NCBI GenBank assembly: GCA_001643675.2
Contig: LSRY02000011.1
Coordinates: forward strand, 1,240,001 to 1,304,000
DNA: 64,000 nucleotides
DNA from: Monocercomonoides exilis PA203
Lineage: Eukaryota; Protista; Preaxostyla
Reading direction: 5' to 3'
Every line of letters begins with the position of its first letter. Within the stretch, counting starts at the first letter, position 1. Shown in pieces: positions 36,101 to 47,746 of this stretch. Under the pieces are notes generated by a model. The model searched no databases, was not told the origin of the DNA, and was given only the letters and a program-made list of their open reading frames with translations. The position numbers were made by a program, and so were the translations under genes.

Positions 36101-39100
36101 ATCAATCAGATCTGTGTCGCATGGATGATCACATATGTCTCTCCCATATATTGCATTATAACGAATGAAACGGCCTTCTCGAAGATCAAACTGAAATTGA
36201 CTTTCATTAATTTGAGAAGTAATGTTGAAGCATTCAATGAAAATGTCATTTCCCACTCTTGCTGCATTTGAACTGAATTTCATTCCCACAAATGTGAAAT
36301 TCAATTCTCCTCTTTCCTTTGTTGCTAAATACACTCCTCCTCCTTTCCCTGAACTAAGGCTGCAACTACAATGACTGATTTTGGAGTCAACCATCTTCAT
36401 TGATCCAGAAGTTCCCAATGTGAAAAATATCGCCCCTCCTTTTTCACTCAATTCTGCTTTGTCTTCTGTGATGTTGCTCTCATTGATAACCAAACAAATC
36501 TTTTTCTCACTTTTTGAATCCAAAATGCTTGGTCCATTGTCACTTCTCTTGACTCCTGAAAATGATGAATTGTCAATGTTGAGACTCATTTCCTCACCCA
36601 CTTCATTTATCTTCAATCCTGGTTCAGATTCCTTGATTGATAAAATACATCCTCCACTTTCATTCAATGATTCCGCTCGAACATTCACCAAATGGCAAAT
36701 AATTCCAGAATCATTAATTGCAAAAATGCTGTTTCCAACATTGCATGATTCCATCAACAAATCATTCACTTCCACACTTCCTCCAATCACATCCACAAAT
36801 ACACAATCAAATCCATTGTTCACTCCTGCTTCTGAATGGAACGAACATTCACTTATCACCAAATCTCCTCCTTTGTTTGAAACAATTGATTCTGCTGAGT
36901 TGTCAAATCTAGATGTCAGCTGCAGTTGGATATTTGTCAATTCAAGATAAATTTCATTTTCCATGAAATATTCCAGCTGAGTTTCAATTGCCTTTTCAAT
37001 ATTCAATATTGCTTTTGTATCTTCTTCTCCCATCTTTACACTCTTTTTGATCTGATGGTTGGACAGGTCATATGAATCTCGAATAATTGTCGATCCTTCA
37101 ATCTGAATTGTTTTCTTTCCTTCTCCATCATTCATGTTTTCCATCCCTTTCCACATCGTTTTGCATGGCTCTTCCTCGCTTCCACATCTTGCAACATCAA
37201 ATCCTTCAGATGAAATAAATATCTCAGTTGAGCTGTATGGAACGAGGAACATGAACAAATCCTTTTCTTGATGAAAATCATCACTTCCAACAAACAAATT
37301 GTCATCATCTTTCATTGATGAGTAATCAAACTTGAATGATTCATTTGTCACAGTTAAATTAAAATCCTTACCCAAAATGAATGCATTCTTTCCAATGGCT
37401 GCATTATTATTCTCAAAAATTACACCAGCATCAAAAAGAAATGGCTTATTACTGGAACATTCTTGACAATCCAAATACAAAAACCCTCCTTTTCCATTGC
37501 TTGATGAAAGCGAACAAGATGAAGCATTTGTTGATTTGATAATAAATTCTTCATTCTCTTTCAAAACCACTCTTGCAAGTCCTCCTTCTTCACCGCTTCC
37601 AGTGTTCACTATGTGTGAAAAGTTGTTGCTCTCAAATACAACAGAAGAAGCCATCACTAATGGTGATTTGACAAATGAAGATCCTTTAAAACTGCATCCT
37701 TTCAATGTGCAACTTCCAGATGTTGTGCATATCAATGAGTATTGAACAATATCTGTTGACGATTGGATCTCAAATAAACAGTTTTCGAGTTGAAGAACTC
37801 CACTCGATGAGATCAGTGAATTCAAATTTGGTGCAAATTGACTTGGAATCTGTAACTTTAAAGAATACAAGCTGAGTGAAACTGCTGATGAAATAACAGA
37901 TGAAGTTGTTGCAGAATCTCCATTGATAGTCCCTTCAAAATGAATTGGCCTGTGTTTAATGGCATCACCCTCATTCACACATCCATCAATCGCAAGTGCA
38001 TCTGTGAATGAATAGATATCTTCAATTGTCCCTTCATCCCTCACTTTCACTTTCCTTTCTCCAACTGCTCCACTTCTGTCAATATGATCAATTCCACTCC
38101 ACATCGATTGACATGGGAATATTTCATTTCCACACCCCAATGTGTCATGTCCATCTGTCGACACAGACACCTCCACCAACTTCAAAGAAACAAGAAACAC
38201 TCGAAGATCCATTTCCCCAGAAATCCCATCTCCCCCAACAAATGCATTCCCATCATCCTTGTATCCTGAGCAATCAAATGCAAAACGCTCTATCTTCACA
38301 GTATTCACAAGATTCCCACTCTTCACAAACATGTTCTTCCCAACAGTTGCTGAGCATCCAGAAAAAGAAATTGATGAGAGCTGAAATCTTTCTTCATTTA
38401 AGCTGCAATCCAGATATATTCCTCCTCCTTTTCCTCCCTCACTCATATTCTCGCAAATACATCCAGTTAATGAACTGTTTTCAAGCTCAACATATCCTCC
38501 TTCACTCAACGCTATCTTCAGTGCTCCTCCTTCTTTGCTCTTCTCCGATACTGCCCCCTCAATTGTACTTCCATTCATCACCATCCCAACTCTCACGTTC
38601 CCTCCAAACACGGCTGCCTTTCCCTCAGCTGCCTCTCCGCTATCAATCTCCAATCCTTTCAACGTGCAATTCAACAGCTTCACTTTGTATTCCTGCTCAT
38701 CCAAATTTGTTGATGAAAGAGAGAATGAAAATAACGAGACTGTTGATTTCACATCTGAAATCGTGACAGAATCCAGTTCAACTATCTTCCCTGTTGATTT
38801 GATCAAAGAAAATTCAATTGTGTTTTCCTTTCCTACAACCACACTCATCTCACAGTTCCTCATGAACAGCTCCCCATTTTGAGTGTTTGATTCAATCACT
38901 GATGCGATTGTTCTGCTAAAACTCGATGGGACAACAATCCCAATAAACTCCATTTCTGTCAGCGATGTAGATTTCAGAACACATTCTTCTTCAGTTCCAC
39001 TCACTTCTGTGTGGCATTCTATCTGCACAATTGTCTCAGTTTTTGCCTTTATACACATCTTACTCACATCTACACATCCTTTTAAAGTTGAATTTGCACA

Positions 39101-42100
39101 AAGAATTATTTCCTTTTTAACATTCAGCGTTCTCTTCAAATGCCCCATCCCATAATTCACATTCAAACATGGAGCCTTTTCCAGACCACAATACATCTTC
39201 TCCACTCCAATTACTCCATCAACATATACAGAATCAGCTGTATATCCGTCCAAAAATATAAACAGGTCCACATCCCAATCGCTAAACATTTGCGTTCTAT
39301 CGCGCCCAACAACCGAGTTGTCTTTCTGAGTGATACTTCTCATGAAGGCAAATAAGGGCTCTTTCACAGAATCGACAAATGATTCGCACACAAAATACAC
39401 ATCTCTTCCAACACTCGCTTTGTTGGCTGAAAACACGATATTGGTGATGGAAAAGGTTGTGGATGACACTTGTGAATCATCCTTGTACTCGATCATGAGA
39501 GTACCGCCTCTTCCTCCAGAACTTGTATCCTCGCTCACACAGCAGGTGGAGAAGGTGGTTTTACTCACTGAAAACGAGTTTGCAGAGGCAGATGAGGCGA
39601 ATGAGATGCACCCGCCATTGGTGGCAGTCTGTTGGTTTTGTGGAGCTGAGTCGATGTTGGTGATGGTGCAGTTGGCGAGGGAGAGGGAGAGGGCAGGGGA
39701 GGTGGCAGAGGAGAGGACACAGCTGGCTGGAGTGGCAGTGGAGGTGATGTGGGTGATGTTGGAGGAGTTGAGGGTGAGGGGAGCTGTGAGGGAGGTGAGG
39801 TGGAAGATGCTTTGGCTGTTGAGGGGGAGACTGGTGATTGCTGTGTGGTTGAGGGCGAGGGAGCCAGCAGTGAGGAAGAAGAGGGGTGTGGTGATTGAAT
39901 TGGAGGTTGTTCCGGTGATGGTGGTTGTGTTGAGGTTGAGGGAAGGGGAGTCATTGGAGAGGTGGAAGAGGATGGGGGTGATGGGGTTTGTGGAGTTGTG
40001 GGCGATGGCGAGGGCAGAGACTGTGAGGGAGCCCTGAGTCTGTTGGAAGAGGGCAGACGAGGCAGAAGGATCTGGTGAAGAAGATGTTGATATTGATGAA
40101 AATGAAGAAAATGATGATGATGACTGTGATGACTGTGAATGTGAGTTTTGTGGTTGGGGAATGCCACTGGAGGCGATGGTGGTGGCATCTGTGCCATTTC
40201 CTGTGATTTTAGTGTCAACTGCTCTGAAAGTGAGTGTTTGAAGAGGAACAAATATTGAGGTGAGGAGAGTGAGGGACGCGTCTTGGACGAGGGAAATGAA
40301 GCCGTTGAGTGCATACTCGATGGTAGCACATGGGATCTGTTGGGGTCTGCCACATGCATCGATATCTGATCCTCCATTTGCAACAATTTTGTTTTGAGCG
40401 ATGAGGGGGAGCCAGCCATTGAACACATCACTATCAGCTGTGTAGTTGTTCCAGACTCTTTTTGATGGAGTTGTTGATCCGCAATTCTCGAATGGGGATT
40501 GAGTGATGCTGTTTCCATTGAAGAACACATCATTCCCCCTGCCGTTTTTTGCTGTATTTCCATCAAAGAAACAAAAAGTGATAAATTTTGTTCCACTCAT
40601 CCAAGAATAAGTTGAAATAAAATAAATGGCAGCACCTCCATATGTTAAAGAGTCAGTTAATTTATTATCAATAAATTGGCAATTATTGATTAAAAATTGA
40701 TTTGGCTTGCTTCCTGGAGGATTATAAAATGTTAAAGAGCCAGTAGAATCACCCCCTGTATTTGCGAAATACTTGCATTTCGAAAACAGGAATTGACAGT
40801 TTGACTGAAAATTTCCAATATCAAAATGCCAACCAGTTCCAATCGTGCTTATTATTGAGCAGCTTTCCACTCTACAATCTGAGAAGGTCCAAATAGAGTT
40901 TGATTGAGGAATTGTTATTTGAGAAGCTCCTCCAGAAGAAGCCGAACAGTTTGTAAAATTTGTTTTTGAGATGTCGATTATTAACAAACTGTTACAAAAT
41001 AATGCTCCTCCTTCTCCGCTTCCTGTGGTTGTACATTTGTTGAATGAGCAAGAAGTGATTGTGAGATTAGCATTTGTACAAGAAACATAAAGCGCTCCAC
41101 CACGACTTGACCCGCTATTTGAATCATTCCATTCGCACCACTCAAAGCAATGGTTATTCACATCAAACGAAGTCAATCTTCCAGGTGATTTTCTTTGGGT
41201 TTCAGTTCCAACATGAACCACAGGAGCATTTGATGAAGAACGTGTCTGGTGGAGGAAAGAAGTGTTGAAGGCAGAGAGAGAAGTGGATGGGCTGTTGAGG
41301 TTGGGGAGAATGGCACCATCGATGGGGTTGCGGGTGTGGAGGAAGATGGTTGAGTGGATGGAGAGAGAAGAGTGAAGAGAGAAGGAGGGGATTAAATTGG
41401 AGTTGGTGTTTGTGGAAGAGGAAGAAGAGATTGAGGTGGTTGAGATGAATGAATTGAGTGAGTGTGAGGGAAGGGATGGAAGAGATGGATGGGATTGGGG
41501 AGAGGAGATGTTTGAGAAGAGGGTGTTTGAGAGATAGAGATTGATATGGATTTGGAGGTGGGGATGGGATTGGTGATGGATATGGAGAGGGGAAGGGGAA
41601 GAGGAAATCGATGGGGAAAGGGAAAAGGAAGGAGAAGAGGAAGAAAAAGAAGAAGATGAGGATGACGATGATGAAGATGAAGGAGAAAGGGAAAGGGAAG
41701 GGGATGGAGAAGGGGAAGGGGAAGAGAGGGAAGAAGGAGAAAAAAGGAAAGGCCGGGCGAGGGAGATGAAGGAGGAGAAAGAGGAGCGAGAGATGGAGAA
41801 GGAGGCAGGGATTGGGGAGTGGAAATCTGGAAGGAGATTGTTTGGGATGGAGAAGAGGGGGAAGGAGAGGATGGCTGGCTGAGGGGTAGTGAGGGAGAAG
41901 TTGGTGAGGGCGAGGGAGGCATGGGCAGATATGAAAAGTGGATATTTTGTTGCTGGGTTGACTAAGCAAGTGGAGGAGAGGATAGTGGCAGCTGAGTGGT
42001 GTTGGGCAGTGAGAAGTGGACAACCAGCGAGAGGGATGAGGTTGAGATGGGTCACACACAAGGAGGTGTTGATGATATTTAGACTTGATTGAGTACTGCA

Positions 42101-42307
42101 AATGCATTTGTCAACTGCATTTTCATTTTTTGCTGCATAAATGCCATTTTTATTGTGATATTTGTTGCTGTGTGCTTCAACGCTGATCGTGCTTTCTGGC
42201 ATCTCCCAATTCATCTCTTGTTGATTTTGTCTTTCTGAAATACCTCCGCAATTACAACAGTTAACAGCAAGCAATATCAACGCAATAATGTTTATTGAAG
42301 CTCCCAT
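33164..42307 (-). CDS. Large single-pass receptor-like protein: signal peptide, beta-helix/GGA-type extracellular repeats, TM, degenerate kinase C-lobe
   Basis: Intronless ORF of ~3,050 aa. Leader MGASINIIALILLAV; repeated G.D...CG....PC and GGA(L/I)Y motifs; TM YLLLIVIFMGIILLIVLIVSIVFIV-RWRK; C-terminal RWKAPEL..FSIGMMLWEC..IPF..RPTL. Confidence 0.88.
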   Translation of the reverse strand: MGASINIIALILLAVNCCNCGGISERQNQQEMNWEMPESTISVEAHSNKYHNKNGIYAAKNENAVDKCICSTQSSLNIINTSLCVTHLNLIPLAGCPLLTAQHHSAATILSSTCLVNPATKYPLFISAHASLALTNFSLTTPQPAILSFPLFSIPNNLLPDFHSPIPASFSISRSSFSSFISLARPFLFSPSSLSSPSPSPSPSLSLSPSSSSSSSSSSSFSSSSPSFSLSPSISSSPSPLHIHHQSHPHLQIHINLYLSNTLFSNISSPQSHPSLPSLPSHSLNSFISTTSISSSSSTNTNSNLIPSFSLHSSLSIHSTIFLHTRNPIDGAILPNLNSPSTSLSAFNTSFLHQTRSSSNAPVVHVGTETQRKSPGRLTSFDVNNHCFEWCEWNDSNSGSSRGGALYVSCTNANLTITSCSFNKCTTTGSGEGGALFCNSLLIIDISKTNFTNCSASSGGASQITIPQSNSIWTFSDCRVESCSIISTIGTGWHFDIGNFQSNCQFLFSKCKYFANTGGDSTGSLTFYNPPGSKPNQFLINNCQFIDNKLTDSLTYGGAAIYFISTYSWMSGTKFITFCFFDGNTAKNGRGNDVFFNGNSITQSPFENCGSTTPSKRVWNNYTADSDVFNGWLPLIAQNKIVANGGSDIDACGRPQQIPCATIEYALNGFISLVQDASLTLLTSIFVPLQTLTFRAVDTKITGNGTDATTIASSGIPQPQNSHSQSSQSSSSFSSFSSISTSSSPDPSASSALFQQTQGSLTVSALAIAHNSTNPITPILFHLSNDSPSLNLNTTTITGTTSNSITTPLFFLTAGSLALNHTAITSLPLNSQSIFHLTSLTAPLTLNSSNITHITSTATPASCVLSSATSPALSLSLANCTITNIDSAPQNQQTATNGGCISFASSASANSFSVSKTTFSTCCVSEDTSSGGRGGTLMIEYKDDSQVSSTTFSITNIVFSANKASVGRDVYFVCESFVDSVKEPLFAFMRSITQKDNSVVGRDRTQMFSDWDVDLFIFLDGYTADSVYVDGVIGVEKMYCGLEKAPCLNVNYGMGHLKRTLNVKKEIILCANSTLKGCVDVSKMCIKAKTETIVQIECHTEVSGTEEECVLKSTSLTEMEFIGIVVPSSFSRTIASVIESNTQNGELFMRNCEMSVVVGKENTIEFSLIKSTGKIVELDSVTISDVKSTVSLFSFSLSSTNLDEQEYKVKLLNCTLKGLEIDSGEAAEGKAAVFGGNVRVGMVMNGSTIEGAVSEKSKEGGALKIALSEGGYVELENSSLTGCICENMSEGGKGGGIYLDCSLNEERFQLSSISFSGCSATVGKNMFVKSGNLVNTVKIERFAFDCSGYKDDGNAFVGGDGISGEMDLRVFLVSLKLVEVSVSTDGHDTLGCGNEIFPCQSMWSGIDHIDRSGAVGERKVKVRDEGTIEDIYSFTDALAIDGCVNEGDAIKHRPIHFEGTINGDSATTSSVISSAVSLSLYSLKLQIPSQFAPNLNSLISSSGVLQLENCLFEIQSSTDIVQYSLICTTSGSCTLKGCSFKGSSFVKSPLVMASSVVFESNNFSHIVNTGSGEEGGLARVVLKENEEFIIKSTNASSCSLSSSNGKGGFLYLDCQECSSNKPFLFDAGVIFENNNAAIGKNAFILGKDFNLTVTNESFKFDYSSMKDDDNLFVGSDDFHQEKDLFMFLVPYSSTEIFISSEGFDVARCGSEEEPCKTMWKGMENMNDGEGKKTIQIEGSTIIRDSYDLSNHQIKKSVKMGEEDTKAILNIEKAIETQLEYFMENEIYLELTNIQLQLTSRFDNSAESIVSNKGGDLVISECSFHSEAGVNNGFDCVFVDVIGGSVEVNDLLMESCNVGNSIFAINDSGIICHLVNVRAESLNESGGCILSIKESEPGLKINEVGEEMSLNIDNSSFSGVKRSDNGPSILDSKSEKKICLVINESNITEDKAELSEKGGAIFFTLGTSGSMKMVDSKISHCSCSLSSGKGGGVYLATKERGELNFTFVGMKFSSNAARVGNDIFIECFNITSQINESQFQFDLREGRFIRYNAIYGRDICDHPCDTDLIDFVTIYQGDTIIVSSVNGSDERQCGTNTLPCDSIDYGLMHLASDFMSLMFVVKESVIEGELDLKEMSLSSKSREICEVEVKSGISRTREALMITSGTVSLLRLNFVFDSNFISSHESLMSPEGGILEIMNCSFATKQLRGEGNSAFANIPFHILNMAKGELQLDGCTISNLILHKSALYLTSSLPSVIDSLTICNSTIETSLMDINECWQLNMEKFHSENNTVEGNEESLISCLSMKKAIQLTNCTISGVSSNATKGKLMKLEDCLDVKMDSCIFDGSSNERNEKNSNTEEEMCRWEGSLVDVVKSSVMMKVSTISNSAEGGITMSGGNVIIEKGEFMNNNPSIEGYPSLRRNIICFDSGTLNVMSLKGGDGLKDNTSLWMLNEGCSFEGIVSERDSSFFIPVLESAEAKETTDRMKLIFKGLLLVPCNLTFSVVKRKGEEKEIEHYDFDSNGFLSEREAEGSAAKDLISSCGDEIEVSVSILFGNSNSPSSAKSIILKNSSISPPKDDERIAEGGKEGKSYLLLIVIFMGIILLIVLIVSIVFIVRWRKQKRRTEELEGIVNDSVRKDPKLIEMVTMEMSPEEQWRRAEREAEKKNEERIKKRVYEKSLGHSESSEHLLSESGSIEYILGRDSDKVPEWVLEKVDEKEEEETRKRMPSPSTSTTSTTDSDSTFVRGEDLCPTTSSMSNLVDAMACSSPHEKLIVDLRDSLFMLLHGRNEKKEMAIGTPQERELTGAQILFWVANGALHSLEDEEDELPSLSNLSPLIVLLSEHMVICIALHSDCSSSSDDSDPSSISSTTIVTSASDDDNDDDERHSLPSSAFEDEEEKWKECLRWKAPELVMNRKMGATEKSVAFSIGMMLWECVTLEIPFGEYEGEVAGQKIADGEKPDERGIEESGLRNVVDACLSAEASKRPTLTEVKKELVGLFPDRTFVVTMTDAILLKESSEEQDEDRESKECEKEVEKEVNEMKDKFSNG

Positions 42308-42841
42308 ATGGAGAGAGTGCCTCGTCATGTGTGAAAATAGGAGAAAAGCCAAAAATTAAAATATTCTATGCCCCATATTATCTGTTTTCATTGAAACATT
42401 GAAAAAATATCCAGTTTTTTTATTTTAAAACAGGAACGAATAGTTCATATAATCAGAAAGTTCATTCAAAATATTTCATTATTTTCTTCTAAAGCATATT
42501 ATTTTGTACGGAGTCTTTCTTTTTTTATAGATATATACCAAAAATAATACATTTTCGAAAAAAAAAAATTCATTTTTAAAAAAATTAAGGATTCGATTTC
42601 GGAATTAATAATTCGAAATTGAAAATAAATAATTCGAATTCGTAATTTATTAATTCGATTTCGAAAAAGTATAAATCAATATCGAAAAATAATATTTCAA
42701 TTTCGTAAGTCGTTTTTAACTGAAAATTTTTATTAATCTCGAGAATGGATTCCTGAAAATTTAAAGTTATTATATAACCAATCACATATAATAACTTATA
42801 GAAATCTGTTTTTTAAATTGCAACTGTTAACAAATAAATTA

Positions 42842-43199
42842 CAGTTTGTGCAAAAAATACCGGACAAGATCGATATCTCAATAACCGCAAGAAGAAAAAT
42901 TCTGTTCATTTCCCTCAAAATACATCTCATCAATACAAACTCATGTGACATTCAAGACTTTCAAAACAGCTTCATTTGTGCTCAGAAAAAATAATTTTGA
43001 AAATATAGGAGAAATAGATTTTTGAGTTTCCCCGAGGTTTCGATATATATTTTTTCTGAGCACAAATGAAGCTGTTTTGAAAGTCTTGAATGTCACATGA
43101 GTTTGTATTGATGAGATGTATTTTGAGGGAAATGAACAGAATTTTTCTTCTTGCGGTTATTGAGATATCGATCTTGTCCGGTATTTTTTGCACAAACTG
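42842..43199. mobile_element. Tc1/mariner-type foldback MITE, TA TSD
   Basis: TA|CAGTTTGTGCAAAAAATACCGGAC...GTCCGGTATTTTTTGCACAAACTG|TA with ~150-bp perfect arms. Confidence 0.9.
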
Positions 43200-43784
43200 T
43201 ATTTAAAATTTTTTTGAAAATTTCAAAAATCATCACTTTGAAAATAAAAATATGAAAAAATACACACTTATGAGTTACCTAATGGAAATAGTGAAATTTC
43301 AATCACATTTATTGAATATTAAAAAACAAGAATTTTTTTCCCTAATCAATTTTGAGTTTTTTTGGTTATAATGAGAAAAGCATCAAATTTTCTTATGAAA
43401 ATGATTTTTATCTTTTCGAATTTACAAAAAATAAAAAGAATTACAATCAAAATGAATGAAAATTTTTTAAGATAATGCATCATTTTTTAAATATTTATAA
43501 ACAAAGTTTACTGATGAGATAAAAATTAATAGAACATAAACCGAAAAATATAGTTATTTATTCCACATATCAAAAAACAATTTTTCAATTCGAAATTGAT
43601 TTATTCTTTTTCGAATTAGAATTATTTTTGGTGTATTGTATTAAAAAGCAATAGTTATTTTTTTCATCACTGAAAACACTAAAGAACGATGGACTATTTA
43701 AAAAAAAACGTTGAATATTTCTATAAAATCAAACTCCTCAATGAGTTAAAAGATAATTAAAAAAATAATTGAGTCAGTATTTTA

Positions 43785-43958
43785 GTGTCAACTTTTTAAT
43801 GGGACTTTTTTTCTTATTGTCACTTTTTGTTTGAAGCTACCAATCAACAAAAAGTCCCCAATGAATTTCAACACATACATCACACTTTTTAACTTGTTTC
43901 AGCAGATACTTTTGCAGTTTGTTTTTATATTTTGATTCATTACTCATTGAGAAATTTC

Positions 43959-44005
<47 letters not shown>

Positions 44006-44838
44006 TTAAATTTGAATGGACATTTACCAGCCAACCAGGCAACGCCCATGAAATCGGGGACATGTTTTGAATAGCTTTTACTAAGATCTATCTATTTTTA
44101 TATTCTTTTTTTAAACAAACAATTTTTTCTTGATATTTTTGCATTTCATTTTTTATACAACATGCAAGGACTAAATTATTTATTTCTTTGTAAATATGAA
44201 GAAAGATTAAAAACAAAAATATGATGTGAAAAGCAAATACATTATTAATGATGTGTTAAAAATGTTAAACATTGTTTTTTCCTATTTATTTTGAACAACC
44301 AAATGGTACCTACTGCTTTTGATCTTTGATCAAACTTTTGTTGTTTTGATGATTTCTTGACAATTAGAAATTTTTTAATATTCGACTTATAATACGCATC
44401 ATTATTAGATGTTTATTTATTCATCATATTTTTGTTTTTAATCTTTCTTCATATTTACAAAGAAATAAATAATTTAGTCCTTGCATGTTGTATAAAAAAT
44501 GAAATGCAAAAAATATCAAGAAAAAATTGTTTGTTTAAAAAAAAGAATATAAAAATAGATAGATCTTAGTAAAAGCTATTCAAAACATGTCCCCGATTTC
44601 ATGGGCGTTGCCTGGTTGGCTGGTAAATGTCCATTCAAATTTAAAAAAAAAAAAAAAAAAAACGAAATTTCTCAATGAGTAATGAATCAAAATATAAAAA
44701 CAAACTGCAAAAGTATCTGCTGAAACAAGTTAAAAAGTGTGATGTATGTGTTGAAATTCATTGGGGACTTTTTGTTGATTGGTAGCTTCAAACAAAAAAG
44801 TGCCAATAAGAAAAAAAGTCCCATTAAAAAGTTGACCC
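43785..44838. mobile_element. Large foldback element (~420-440-bp arms), TA-flanked
   Basis: Arms ~43785-44224 and ~44421-44838 are near-perfect reverse complements; the homopolymer length differs between them. Confidence 0.88.
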
Positions 44839-45225
44839 TATGGGAACACAGAAATTTTATCGGTACCCAAATTTTCTTGCTCACAGGAGCACTTTAAGAA
44901 TTAAATTAATAACAGAAAACCTTTTAAAACTTATATTTACTTTTCCAGAAAAGAATTTTTTTTAATTTTTCACTTTCAGTAAATAAATCTGATATTTTTT
45001 GTTTTTTTTTTTTGATCAAAGACATGCTCGTATTTCAACGAGCTTTTTGTTTTGAATGTTTTTGAGTTATATAATTGACTATAAACATAACTTAATTATG
45101 TTTTTGGTTGTTTTTTGATATTAAACACTTCATTTTTTTAATATTTTTTCCATTTCACTAAAATTCGATAACATTTGAAACAAAAGTGAAATTTGAGTTA
45201 CCATCTTTTTTTTCGTTGAAAAATA

Positions 45226-45932
45226 CAGTCAAAACCGGATATTATGACGTCGAATATAATCACATTTGGGTGATTCTTTTTGAAAAGTCACAAATGTTTA
45301 ATTTTCTACAAAATCTAAAATTTCATATCTTGATCAAATTTCGGTTCTCGCTCATGCAACTTCACAGAAATGTGTTTTATCGCATTGTCAAATTATATCT
45401 TCAACTTTGGTAAAATTACATGAGCGGGAACCGAAATTTGATCAAGATATGAAAATTTAGATTTTATAGAAAATTAAACATTTGTGACTTTTCAAAAAGA
45501 ATCACCCATTTGTTTATAGTCACATTTTTTTATCCACCAACATTTTTGTCCAAATTTTCATTCATTTTTCATCGCATATAATCACAAAGATGAAAATATA
45601 TAATCACATTTTTTATAATTATGCGTGATTTTTACAATTAAAAATCGATTTTTTGAACAAAAATTTAAAAATTTCACTTTTTCAAAAATGTGCTCAAATA
45701 AGTCAAAATAACATAATAAAATCCAAAAAATTGTTTTTTCTATTGAAAAATGCGTTTAAATGAAGAATTTTCAAAAATTAAAAATTTGCCCCAAAAAAAA
45801 TTAATATTTATTATTATTATTATTATTATTATTTTTTTGTGTGTGTGTAAAACAGCATCGGATATTATCACAATCTAATATGGTCTCAAAAAGTTGTGCA
45901 AAAATCAATGTGATTATATCCGATTCAGACTG
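45226..45932. mobile_element. Second (inverted) copy of the CAG MITE at 12591, with a nested 240-bp MITE
   Basis: TA|CAGTCAAAACCGGATATTATGAC...GTGATTATATCCGATTCAGACTG. Internal sequence is colinear with 12591-13042. Confidence 0.82.
45268..45507. mobile_element. 240-bp palindromic MITE, 4-bp TSD ATTT
   Basis: ATTT|GGGTGATTCTTTTTGAAAAGTCAC...GTGACTTTTCAAAAAGAATCACCC|ATTT. The empty site is visible in the 12591 copy. Confidence 0.9.
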
Positions 45933-46223
45933 AAGTTATAAAACTAATTGATACGTGTATCACCTAAATTTTGAAATGAAATAATGTGATTTGAAGCAAA
46001 AGATACAAAAATACACAAGAACTGATTTTCTTGAATTTTAATCTCTATCAAAAAAAATTTATAGATTTCTTCATTTTGCATATCTTTATTTGTTGATAAT
46101 TATTATGTTTCCCCCTTTTAATTAACGAAAAATTTTATTTATTCAAATGTATTCTTCAATTTGTTGAAATTTAGTGAAATGTTAAAAAATATTAAAAAAA
46201 TGAAGTGTTTAATATCAAAAAAT

Positions 46224-47615
46224 GGCAAATGTCACCTTTGGTTGACCTAATTTTTTTTGAATAAAGTGCATTGTTAACAAATAAAAAGTGTTAATATGTT
46301 ATGTTTAAGGTGAATTGAAGTGCGGAAATGTGTTTATAAATAAAAAAATAATGGAATAATTTTTAAATTTATGGGATGTGATCATTATTTCTTCTGTTTG
46401 ATCGAAACTTCAAATGAATCGAAAAGAAGTTCATAAGCTATTTAAGATATTTCTGAACCAAAATAAAGCGTGGCAATGGATGTTTGGAACCATACTGAAA
46501 GGAAAAGTCCCTAGATGCAGAAACACAGAACTCCTATGAATTTAATCAGAAAGAAAACAGGGAAGAAGTACTGGAGATGCCAAAAATGAAGTGTGAAACG
46601 TTCATTATTTCATGGAAGTCAGTTTCACAAAATGCACATCAAAATTGGAAAAGTGCTGATGATTATTCTCTTTTTTTGGATTGGAATGACCATCAAACAT
46701 GGAAGTCTTCTACTCAATATTCACAGGCACTCAGTCGGTTTTTGGTACAGTGCATGCAGATATACTTGTACACAAAACCTTATAAACAAGCCCATTCAAC
46801 TTGGAGGTGAAGGCAAGACAGTAGAAATAGATGAATGCTTTTTACGTCGAAGAAAATATCGAAGAGGAAGATACAAGAGGCAACAATGGATTTTTGGAGC
46901 AATCGAAAGAAGAGAGGGTCTACAAGTTGGATAAAAAATGTTATGGATCGTCAAAGATTGTTTAAGGAACTCTTTGTTACCAAATATTAAACAACATATA
47001 TTGCCTGGAACGACTGTAATGAGTGATTCTTGGAGAGCATATGCAACATTAGCAAAAGAAGGCTATATTCATAAAATTGTTGTACACGATCGACACTATG
47101 TGGATCCTGCAACTGGAGCATGCACTAACACTGTTGAAGGGATGTGACATCATTTCAGAGAGTTTCTACCAGTTTCTGGAATGAGAGATGCATTTACTCA
47201 AGACTATATTTCTTCATTCATTGTCAAAAATTGCTTCAATTTGACCTTTTCTGAATTTGTTGAGTTGTTTTACAAAAAACATGAAGAAATTGATGAAGAC
47301 GATGATAATGATGAAAATACCGAGGAACCAAATTTGCCAGATATTGATGACATTATTGAGAACAACTCTGAAAACTACTCTCTTTCGAGTTCTGATGAAT
47401 TTGGAGCTGGTGATGGTGCATCCGCTTTAGAATATACGGAATAATTTATATATATATATATATATATATTTTTGAAAAAAATTTATTTTTATTTTTTTGA
47501 TTATAGCAACTTTCAGCACACATTTAACAAGTATTAATAACATATAAATTGCTTCTTTTTAATTATCATTAAAAATATGCAAAAAATAGCAGGTCCACTA
47601 AAGGTGACATCTACC
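46224..47615 (+). mobile_element. Merlin/IS1595-type transposon
   Basis: TIRs GGCAAATGTCACCTTTGGTTGACCT and AGGTCCACTAAAGGTGACATCTACC. Flanks CAAAAAAT and AAAAAAAC each differ by one base from CAAAAAAC in the uninterrupted opposite arm. Confidence 0.85.
46414..47444 (+). pseudogene. Merlin (ISXO2/IS1595-like) transposase pseudogene
   Basis: GGEGKTVEIDECFLRRRKYRRGR..QQWIFGAIER, ILPGTTVMSDSWRAY, YVDPATGACTNTVEGM*. One frameshift and three in-frame stops. Confidence 0.9.
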
Positions 47616-47746
47616 AAAAAAACAACCAAAAACATAATTAAGTTATGTTTATAGTCAATTATATAACTCAAAAACATTCAAAACAAAAAGCTCGTTGAAA
47701 TACGAGCATGTCTTTGATCAAAAAAATAAAATAAAAAATACAAGAT

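Larger units (their letters stand above)
45010..47725. mobile_element. Long-TIR element hosting nested insertions
   Basis: 45010-45180 is the reverse complement of 46155-46223 plus 47616-47725, the right arm being split by a Merlin. Weaker symmetry may extend to ~44845 and ~48115. Confidence 0.75.

Noticed and set aside
42590-42720. TTCGA-rich short repeat cluster as a CRISPR-like array or TE end
   Set aside because: Irregular spacing, no constant repeat-spacer unit and no clear partner terminus.
46414-47444. Stop-codon reassignment or readthrough explaining in-frame TGA/TAA in the Merlin ORF
   Set aside because: Host genes end in both TAA and TGA and the ORF also has a frameshift, so ordinary decay is simpler.
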